A DNA stretch of 64,000 nt from Kofleriaceae bacterium. Its GTDB lineage: Bacteria > Myxococcota_A > Polyangia > Haliangiales > Haliangiaceae. Below the pieces are notes generated by a model. It was given only the letters and a program-made list of their open reading frames with translations, had not been told where the DNA came from and searched no databases. The stretch is from assembly GCA_015075455.1 (NCBI GenBank), contig JABTUH010000016.1:64001-128000 (forward strand), written 5' to 3'. Numbering within the stretch: the first letter of the stretch is position 1; each line of letters starts with the position of its first letter. The translations under genes and the position numbers were made by a program. Positions 55,119 to 64,000 of this stretch are shown piece by piece.

Positions 55119-55553
55119 GGAACCCGAGCCCGGAGCCGAACCCGAGCCCGAGCCCGAATCCGAATCCGAACCCGAGCCCGAATCCAGGCCCGAATCCGAA
55201 TCCGAACCCGAGCCCGAATCCGAGCCCGAATCCGAACCCGAATCCGAGCCCGAACCCGGATCCGAACCCGAGCCCGAATCCGAACCCGAGCCCGAGCCCG
55301 AATCCGAATCCGAACCCGGATCCGAACCCGAACCCGAACCCGAACCCGGATCCGAATCCGAACCCGAATCCGAATCCGAACCCGAGCCCGGAGCCGAACC
55401 CGAACCCGAATCCGAATCCGAACCCGAATCTGAGCCCGAGCCCGGAGCCGAACCCGAACCCGAATCCGAATCCGAACCCGAATCCGAACCCGAACCCGAG
55501 CCCGAACCCGAATCCGAACCCGAGTCCGAGTCCGAGCCCGAGCCCGAACCCGA
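55119..55553. repeat. hexanucleotide microsatellite (GAACCC/GAGCCC/GAATCC)n, ~72 units
   Basis: There is a perfect 6-bp periodicity with three unit variants. The repeat lies between convergent gene ends (55070 and 55580). The minus strand reads (GGGTTC/GGGCTC/GGATTC)n. Confidence 0.9.
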
Positions 55554-55579
55554 TCGTCCGTCTCCCGGACGCCCCCAGC

Positions 55580-56122
55580 TCAGTCCGACAGCTCGCCGGT
55601 CCAGTACAGGTAGTCGCGCCAGGCGTCGGGCACCGACCGCAGGCTGACCCGGATCGTCACCGCCGGCACCCAGTCGGGCTGGACCGGCTGCGCGCGCAGC
55701 GCCATGCCGGCCTGGCGCGGCGTGCGCCCGCCCTTCCTGCGGTTGCAGTCGTGGCACGCCGTGACGATGTTCGTCCACTCGGTGCGGCCCCCCTGCGAGC
55801 GCGGCACGACGTGATCGTAGGTGAGCTCGTCGACGCCCAGCTTGTCGCCGCAGTACTGGCAGGCGTAGCCATCGCGGGCGTAGATGTTGACCCGCGAGAA
55901 CTTCACCGGCCGGTGGTGGCGGCGGAAGGCGCGCAGGAGCCGGACCACGCTCGGGATCTTGATGATGAACGTCACCGAGCGGACGGCGTCGCCGTACTCC
56001 TCCACCACCTCGACCTTGCCGAGGAACAGGAGCGTGATCGCTCGCTGCCACGAGATGACCTTGATGGGCTCGTAGCTCTGCGACAGGAGAAGGGTCTTGT
56101 GACCCGGTGCCGTGGCCTCCAT
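55580..56122 (-). CDS. HNH endonuclease family protein (small standalone HNH)
   Basis: ATG at 56122 (alternative at 56146). The N-terminal segment is [26 protein letters not shown]. The HNH core is CQYCG...[28 protein letters not shown]. Confidence 0.8.
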   Translation of the reverse strand: MEATAPGHKTLLLSQSYEPIKVISWQRAITLLFLGKVEVVEEYGDAVRSVTFIIKIPSVVRLLRAFRRHHRPVKFSRVNIYARDGYACQYCGDKLGVDELTYDHVVPRSQGGRTEWTNIVTACHDCNRRKGGRTPRQAGMALRAQPVQPDWVPAVTIRVSLRSVPDAWRDYLYWTGELSD

Positions 56123-56223
56123 CGGGAACAGTCCAGACGATAGCATCTCCGTCCGACGACGCACCGCGCCGCCGATCACGGCCAGGACGCCGGCGGGGAC
56201 GGCACGACGCGACGACGCCGAAG

Positions 56224-56240
56224 TTGAAAGCGGCTTTCAA
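56224..56240. promoter_or_regulatory. perfect inverted repeat TTGAAAG-CGG-CTTTCAA upstream of feoA (candidate operator, e.g. a Fur-type regulator)
   Basis: It has 7-bp arms and a 3-bp spacer, and sits 18 bp upstream of the feoA GTG start. An AT-rich element TGTGATAGCG follows. Confidence 0.4.
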
Positions 56241-56257
56241 TGTGATAGCGTGCCGCC

Positions 56258-56482
56258 GTGTCGTCACTCGCCGACGTCGGGCGTCACGTCCCCGTCACCA
56301 TCGCCTCGGTCGACGGCGAGCGGAGCTTCCGCAGGCGTCTCCTGGAGATGGGCCTCGTCCCCGGCACCCGGGTGACCGTCACCAACGTGGCCCCGCTCGG
56401 CGACCCGCTCGAGATCGAGGTCCGCCGCGGCCGGCTGTCGATCCGGCGCCACGAGGCCGCTCACATCCTGGTCACGCGCTAG
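56258..56482 (+). CDS. feoA: ferrous iron transport protein A
   Basis: 74 aa. SH3-like FeoA sequence: VTIASVDGERSFRRRLLEMGLVPGTRVTVTNVAPLGDPLEIEVRRGRLSIRRHEAAHILV. Confidence 0.85.
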   Translation: MSSLADVGRHVPVTIASVDGERSFRRRLLEMGLVPGTRVTVTNVAPLGDPLEIEVRRGRLSIRRHEAAHILVTR

Positions 56483-56493
56483 GTCCGCCCCGG

Positions 56494-58629
<2,136 letters not shown>

Positions 58630-58724
58630 CGCCGGGGTCGCCCTCCGGCTGCGGCCCCGGCCGGCGCGGCCGGGCCGAACCGGTCGGCCTGGTCGAGTCG
58701 GCGCCGCGATGCTATGAGCACCAA

Positions 58725-60566
58725 GTGCTCGGGTGGAGGATCCCACGCGCCGCCGCGCTCGTCGCGGCGACCGGCGGCCTGCTCGCGGCCTGCGGTCGCG
58801 CCCCCGACGCCGCCGAGCCGACGCCCGCGTTCGCGCCCCCGCCCCCGCCGCGGGTCGCCAGCAACATCCTGCGCGCCGACTACGCCGGCTCGGCGGCGTG
58901 CGCCGACTGCCACGCCGACCTCGCCGCGGCCTGGGCCGGCTCGCCGATGCACCTCATGACCCGCGACGCCGCCACCGCCCACGTCGAGGCCCCGTTCGAC
59001 GGCGCCACCTTCCGCGTCCACGACGACACCGTGACCATGGAGACCGCGGGCGGCCACCGCTTCGTCCACCTGTCGTCGACCAGCGCCGGCGAGCGCCGGT
59101 ACCGCGTCACCAAGATCATCGGCGGCCGCTACCGCGAGGACTTCGCCGGCGTCGAGGTCACCCACGCCCGCGACCCCTTCACCGCCGGCGGCCGCGAGCG
59201 GGTCATGCCGATGTCGTTCGTGTACTCGACCCGGTCGTGGCGCTACAAGGGCTACTCGGTCATGACCCCGGAGCGGCCGGGCATGCGCCCGGGCGCGGCG
59301 TGGGCGCAGAAGTGCATCGGCTGCCACAACACGCTGCCCTACCTGGCGCTCCTGTTCGACGACCTGCTGGGGCCCGGCGCGCCCAGCTACCAGGGCACGA
59401 TGTCGGATCGCCTGCTGCCCCCGGCGCGGACGTGGCCGGTCGAGATCGCCGACGCCGAGGCGCTGCGGACGGCGCTGGTCGACGAGCTGACCTTCCTGCG
59501 CGGCGCGCCGCCCGAGGCCGCCGGCGGGCCCCTGCCGGCGCTCCTGGCCGAGGCCATCTCCACGGCGCGCCGCCACCTCGACGGCGATCGCGTGGTCGAG
59601 CTCGGCATCGGCTGCGAGTCCTGCCACAACGGCGCCCGCGCCCACGTCGACGATCCCGACGTCCTCCCCAGCTTCGAGGTCCGCAGCGCCGCGCTCCGGA
59701 TCGGCCCGCGCCCCGGCGCCCGCGCCCCGACCGAGGCCGAGCGGATCAACCGCGTCTGCGCCCGCTGTCACACCGTCCTGTTCTCGGCCTACCCCCACAC
59801 CTGGGAGGGCGGCCGGCGCGACCAGCCGACGCCGGGCGGCAGCACGACCAACTCCGGCGAGGCCCGCGACTTCCTGCTCGGCGGCTGCGCCAGCGAGCTG
59901 GCCTGCACCGCCTGCCACGATCCCCACGCCCGCGATCGCGACGACCGGCTGGCCGCGCTCGCGGGCGCGGGCGGCGACGCGCTGTGCACCTCGTGCCACC
60001 CGGCGCTCGCCGACGCCGCCGCGGCCGCCGCCCACACCCACCACCCGGCCGACAGCGCCGGCGCGCGCTGCCTCAACTGCCACATGCCGCGCAAGAACAT
60101 GGGCCTCGGCTACGAGCTGGTCCGCTACCACCGCATCGGCTCGCCCACCGAGCGCGCGCGGGTCGAGGGCGACCGCCCGCTCGAGTGCGCGCTGTGCCAC
60201 CCCGACCGCAGCGTCGCCGAGCTGGTGACGACGATGGAGGCCTGGTGGCCGGTGCGCTTCGACCGCGTCGCCCTGCGCCGGCTGTACGGCGACGATCTGG
60301 GCGTGAACGCGCTCGCCGCCACCGTCGCGCGGGGCAAGGCCCACGAGCAGGCGGCCGCGATCGGCGCGCTCGGCGAGCACCGCGTTCGCGCCGCCGTGCC
60401 GGCGCTGGTGCCGCACCTCGCCCACGAGTACCCGCTGGTCCGCTACTACGCCCACCACGCGCTCGAGCAGATCGTCGGCCGGCCGGTGCCGCTCGACGTC
60501 GGGCTGCCGGCGGCCGAGATCCGCGCCGCGGCGGAGCGCTGGCTCGCCCTCGACGCCGCGCCCTGA
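58725..60566 (+). CDS. multiheme c-type cytochrome lipoprotein (8 CxxCH motifs) with a C-terminal HEAT-like repeat region
   Basis: GTG at 58725 gives MLGWRIPRAAALVAATGGLLAAC|G. Heme motifs: CADCH, CIGCH, CESCH, CARCH, CTACH, CTSCH, CLNCH, CALCH. Confidence 0.8.
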   Translation: MLGWRIPRAAALVAATGGLLAACGRAPDAAEPTPAFAPPPPPRVASNILRADYAGSAACADCHADLAAAWAGSPMHLMTRDAATAHVEAPFDGATFRVHDDTVTMETAGGHRFVHLSSTSAGERRYRVTKIIGGRYREDFAGVEVTHARDPFTAGGRERVMPMSFVYSTRSWRYKGYSVMTPERPGMRPGAAWAQKCIGCHNTLPYLALLFDDLLGPGAPSYQGTMSDRLLPPARTWPVEIADAEALRTALVDELTFLRGAPPEAAGGPLPALLAEAISTARRHLDGDRVVELGIGCESCHNGARAHVDDPDVLPSFEVRSAALRIGPRPGARAPTEAERINRVCARCHTVLFSAYPHTWEGGRRDQPTPGGSTTNSGEARDFLLGGCASELACTACHDPHARDRDDRLAALAGAGGDALCTSCHPALADAAAAAAHTHHPADSAGARCLNCHMPRKNMGLGYELVRYHRIGSPTERARVEGDRPLECALCHPDRSVAELVTTMEAWWPVRFDRVALRRLYGDDLGVNALAATVARGKAHEQAAAIGALGEHRVRAAVPALVPHLAHEYPLVRYYAHHALEQIVGRPVPLDVGLPAAEIRAAAERWLALDAAP

Positions 60567-60747
60567 CCTCGAGGCCACGTTGATGTCGGTTCAGGCAGCG
60601 GCCGCGCGCGGTTAGCCCGCCGCCGTCGGCCGCGAGCCGGCGTCGTCGACGGCGCGCGCGAGCACGGCTCAGCGCGCGCACCGGAACATTAGCGTCCAGG
60701 AAACATGCCGGAGCCTTTCGGTCGATAGGGTGCGGTCACACCTGGAG

Positions 60748-61641
60748 GACACGCACATGATCCGCTTCGCATCCAAGCTCGGCCTGCTCGCCGCCACGCT
60801 GTTCGCCCTCGCGCCTGCCTCGGCCCGCGCCGAGGAGCCGGACGCGCTGCCCGGCTCCGAGGAGGGCGAGGAGCCGGCCGGGGCCGCCCCCGCGCCCGCG
60901 GCCGACGCCGCGTCCACGACCGCGGCCGTCGACGCCAGTGCCCCGACGCGCTGGCCGCGCGACGTCATCATGCGGCCCCTGACCCTGCCGTCGGGCGTGG
61001 TCATGGTCGGGATGGATCCCGCCGCCAACAACGACTTCTCGGCGGTGTCGACGACGCTGGTCGCCGGCTACGGCATCTCCGACAAGCTCGAGGCCGTGCT
61101 GTTCTACGGCTACGGGCTCAAGGACTTCGAGGTCAAGGGTGACCTCAAGGCCGGCGTCGGCTACGCCGCCCTCCGCGGCGCCGCCGGCGGCAAGCTGGAG
61201 GTCGTGCCCCGCGCCGTGGTCGGCTACAGCCTCCTGGGCGAGGCCCTCACCCCGCTCGGCCTCGGCGCTCAGGTCCAGTACAACATCAGCGACAAGCTCG
61301 CCGTGATCACGCCCGGCGGTCAGCTCGCGGTGAGCCTGGCCGAGGACGCCACCATGGCCACGCCGATCACCTTCGGCCTCCCGGTCGCGGTCGGCTTCCA
61401 GCCGACCCCCGAGCTCTACCTGCAGCTCGACACCAACCTGGCGACCTTCAGCATCGCCGACTCCGCCAACGCCTTCATCTTCGCCGATCGCACGCCCGCG
61501 TCGCTGCTGGCGGTCTACAACGCGATCCCCGCCCTCGACGTCGCCGCCGGCATCGGCCTCGACCTGACGCCGGCCGCCGGCGGGGTCGCCGACACCCTGG
61601 CCTTCCTGCTCGGCGTCCGCTACTACGCCGGCTCGCTCTGA
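60748..61641 (+). CDS. outer-membrane beta-barrel protein
   Basis: ATG at 60748 is preceded by GGAGGA 9 nt upstream. Signal MIRFASKLGLLAATLFALAPASARA. Alternating beta-strand patterns are present. An AT-richer promoter-like region lies at 60570-60745. Confidence 0.6.
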   Translation, partial: DTHMIRFASKLGLLAATLFALAPASARAEEPDALPGSEEGEEPAGAAPAPAADAASTTAAVDASAPTRWPRDVIMRPLTLPSGVVMVGMDPAANNDFSAVSTTLVAGYGISDKLEAVLFYGYGLKDFEVKGDLKAGVGYAALRGAAGGKLEVVPRAVVGYSLLGEALTPLGLGAQVQYNISDKLAVITPGGQLAVSLAEDATMATPITFGLPVAVGFQPTPELYLQLDTNLATFSIADSANAFIFADRTPASLLAVYNAIPALDVAAGIGLDLTPAAGGVADTLAFLLGVRYYAGSL

Positions 61642-61680
61642 CGCGTGGTTCGCCCGACCGCGGTCGGAGCTCGCGGGAAC

Positions 61681-62800
61681 CGAACGGCGAGCCATGGATC
61701 GAGCAGGGTCGCCCTGAGCCCAGCCTGGTGCCGCGGTCGCCCTGAGCCCATCGCTCCGGTCGCCCTGAGCGCCATCGCCGGTCGCCCTGAGCCCATCATC
61801 CGGTCGCCCTGAGGAGTTGAGCGCTGCCGGTCGCCCTGAGCCCATCGCTGCCCGAAAAGTAGCCCTGCGCCCATGCTCCGGTCGCCCTGAGCCCATCGCA
61901 GGGACCGCGCCCTGAGCCGCCCGCGAGCGCCCGCCCGGGCGTCCGAATCCGGCGACGAGTCCGCGGCCGTCGCGCGAACGATGTCGCGCGCGCGCCCGAG
62001 GCCGGAGTCGGGCCCCTTCACCGACCGCGGTCGGAGACTGGACGCACGAACGGCCGCGGCCGTGCCGTCCGCCGGTCGCCCGTCGCCCCGCCCAGCGCCG
62101 GGGCCTGATCTCAGGGTCAGCGCGTCATGGCGCCCCGCGAATCGCCCTGAGCCCGAATCCGTCGCCCTGTCCCTGAGTCCGCATCGATCCGCTGGTCGGA
62201 GCCGAATCCGAATCCAGCGGTGGCCCTGAGCCGAATCCCAGCGAGGGCGGGCCCGAGCACCGCGAGGGCTTTCAAGCAGCGGCGTCGCGCGAACGATGTC
62301 GGGCGCGTGCCGCCCGAATCCGTTCGTCGGGAGCCCTTCCCGCCGGGCGAGCGGCCGAGACTGCGCGCGAACGGCGAGCCCTGCTCGACCGGACGCCCTG
62401 AGCCCATCGCCCGGCGTCGCCCTGAGCCTTCGTCGCCAAGGCTCGCCCTGAGCCCATCGCCAGGCAGCCCGAGCCGCCCGCGAGCGCCAGCGAGGCGAGT
62501 CGCTGGCATCCGCGGCTCGCGGCACGTCGCGCGAACGATGTGGGCGATCGCGGCGCTCGCATTGCGGAAACCTTGAGCGCCCCATCATGCCGCCCTCGCA
62601 GCCCGAACCCGAGCGAAGTCGAACGGCGAGCCTGCGCTGCTCGGCGACCGCTGCGCGCCCATCGCGCTGCGGGGCCCTGAGCATCCGCGGGAGACGCCGG
62701 CGAGCCCTATCGCGTGGCCGCATCGCCGGTCGGCCTGAGCCGCCCGAGCGCCAGCGAGGGCGTGTCGAAGGGCGACAAGCCGCATGCACGCGCGAGCGAT
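61681..62800. repeat. complex nested tandem repeat: an array of ~22-28 bp GGTCGCCCTGAGCCCATCG units embedded in ~250-310 bp higher-order units
   Basis: The core array runs 61707-61925 with at least 8 units at spacings 28/23/22/22/27/51 bp (not multiples of 3). Further copies appear at ~62143-62240, 62393-62450 and 62665-62745. Co-recurring motifs are cgaacggcgagcc (61681, 62371, 62621), gccgcccg(cg)agcgcc (61918, 62476, 62737) and cgcgaacgatgt (61975, 62289, 62530). Confidence 0.85.
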
Positions 62801-63386
62801 GACGGCCGACGAGGCCGGTCACCGCCTGCAGGCGAGCGGCCAGCGAGTCCGAGCGGGGCGGCGAGCTCGCCCCAGGCCACGCGGGCGTCGGCGGAGGGCG
62901 ACGCGCCGAGATCGCAGCGCCCGGCGCGCGACGTCGGCCCGCCGCCGAGCCCGCGCGCGTCCGCCAGGGCGTCGCGGCGCGCGCATCGAGGAGCGCGTGA
63001 GGAGCGACGCGCCTCCGATCCGGACCGGATCGCCGCGGTCGCGGCACGACCACTCGGCATGCGCCTCACGTTGACCTCGGCCCAGGCGCGGAGCCGCGAT
63101 CGATCGCGGCAGCCCGGCATCGAGCGCGCGATCGGCGCGCAGGCGCCGCTCGGCCGCCGCCACCACCGCCCACTGCCTCGGCGTGGTCCGGCAGAGGCGT
63201 CGGCGAGCGGCGCCGGCTGCCAGATCCCTGCGCGTCGCGCCACCGCCGCGCCGCCAGCGCGCGAGCTCGCCGGCCAGGCGGGATCGGAATCGGCGGCGTC
63301 GCGGCGCGTCGACCGCGCCGCCGTCCGCGTGGCCGGTGGATCCGCCTCGCCGAGGACGATCGCGGCGCCCAGCGCCAGAACGGCGA

Positions 63387-64000
63387 TCACCGCTGGGCGG
63401 CCGTGATCCTTTCGTCGGCGAGCCTGGCGCATCGCGTGCGATGATCGCGGCCAGCGCCGAACGTGACCTCGATGGGCGGCCCCACGCCAGCGTCGGCGGA
63501 TCGTCGCGGCATGCTGCGGCTTGGTCTCGAGGCGCCGCGCACGCCGAGGTCCGACTCGGCCCGCCGCGCGGCCGGCGCTTCGCCGCGTTCCCGGCGAGCT
63601 CCGCGTCTACGGCGACGACGCCGCCAGAGCCGCATGCGAGCTCGGCGCCGACGCTCGGCTGCGCGACGCCGCCGCTCGGCCGGCGCCCTGGCGAGCAGCC
63701 GCGCGACCAGCGCCTCGACCTCGACCGGCGCGTCGGGCGCCACCGCGCGCAGCGCCGGCGGCGGCGTCATGATGTGGGCGGCGATCATCGCGCCGGCGCC
63801 GCCGTCGTGGAACGGCGGCCGCCCGCTCACCATCTCGAACACCATGCAGCCCAGGGCGTGAGAGGTCGGTGCGGTGGTCGACCGGCACGCGCGAGCGGCC
63901 TCACACTGCTCGGGTGACATGTACGTGGGCGTGCCCATGACCGTCCCGGTCCGGGTCCGCGCGCCGGTCGCCGCCGAGGCCGCCCGTCAGCTTGGCGATC
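63387..64000 (-). CDS. Ser/Thr protein kinase, C-terminal part (the gene continues beyond the window end); the 3' boundary is uncertain
   Basis: Subdomain VIII GTPTYMSPEQ, then ...GCMVFEMVSGRPPF... and LLARAPAER (subdomain XI). A downstream TM-like segment RPAVIAVLALGAAIVLG is in another frame (63340-63400). Confidence 0.55.

Noticed and set aside
54265-55647. ORF reading the hexanucleotide repeat as an (SEPEPE)n acidic repeat protein, and its antisense (GSGSDS)n ORF
   Set aside because: The repeat tract is in a different frame from both flanking genes and has no plausible start codon or RBS. All three frames are open only because the 6-bp unit lacks stops. I therefore treated it as a non-coding microsatellite.
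61700-61930. Possible CRISPR array
   Set aside because: Repeat spacing is irregular (22-51 bp), and the 'spacers' are only 3-10 bp and partly repeated. No cas genes are nearby. It fits a minisatellite or higher-order tandem repeat instead.
60736-63053. Minus-strand ORFs with MGSGRP/WAQGDR/LRATG repeats
   Set aside because: The peptide repeats arise from translating the 22-28 bp DNA repeat in shifting frames. Periodicity is not a multiple of 3, so a real repetitive protein is unlikely.
62707-63432. ORF with a TM-like segment (RPAVIAVLALGAAIVLG) as the extracellular continuation of the terminal kinase
   Set aside because: Apart from the TM stretch the translation is Arg/Ala/Ser low-complexity and runs into the repeat region. 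Frame relationships with the kinase are unclear, so it is left unannotated.

Overview
This is a ~72% GC bacterial chromosomal window with dense coding on both strands. Because GC is so high, all six frames contain long stop-free ORFs, and I judged most of the long antisense or Arg-rich ORFs to be artefacts. The content points to Myxococcota: two MYXO-CTERM-like sorting tails, tandem Cys-rich CxxxDDDCDGxxDE repeat proteins, Hanks-type Ser/Thr kinases, an FHA-sigma54 activator, and many lipoproteins.

Recognisable genes include:
- a Ser/Thr kinase, a Kelch beta-propeller lipoprotein, and a convergent FHA/degenerate-GGDEF/sigma54 enhancer-binding protein
- a D-aminoacylase
- an HsdM-like N6-adenine DNA methyltransferase followed by an apparently decayed HsdS-like target-recognition region, with no R subunit
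- a secreted HExxH zinc metalloprotease with a lamin-tail domain
- a VWA-domain lipoprotein
- a fusion of a PhaC-like alpha/beta hydrolase with a fatty-acyl-AMP ligase, followed by a triple zinc-ribbon protein
- tRNA-Lys(CTT) and tRNA-Arg(TCG) with a TTGACA-N17-TATCTA promoter
- phoU, fpr and an SDR
- a minus-strand cluster of DTW protein, HAMP-PP2C phosphatase, TonB-dependent receptor, TPR protein, PhnD-like binding protein and a lipoprotein
- two giant Cys-rich secreted proteins, one with a formylglycine-generating-enzyme domain and one with VWA, EGF-like repeats and MYXO-CTERM
- an acyl-CoA dehydrogenase, a fructosamine-kinase-family protein and an LMW protein tyrosine phosphatase
- a tandem array of three Gly-rich lipoprotein paralogs, one intact and two frameshifted
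- an HNH endonuclease, feoAB, and an 8-heme c-type cytochrome.

Two unusual non-coding elements stand out. One is a ~435 bp (GARCCS)n hexanucleotide microsatellite. The other is a ~1.1 kb nested, higher-order tandem repeat built on a GGTCGCCCTGAGCCCATCG motif. Several genes show apparent frameshifts; these could be real decay or indel errors in a GC-rich assembly.
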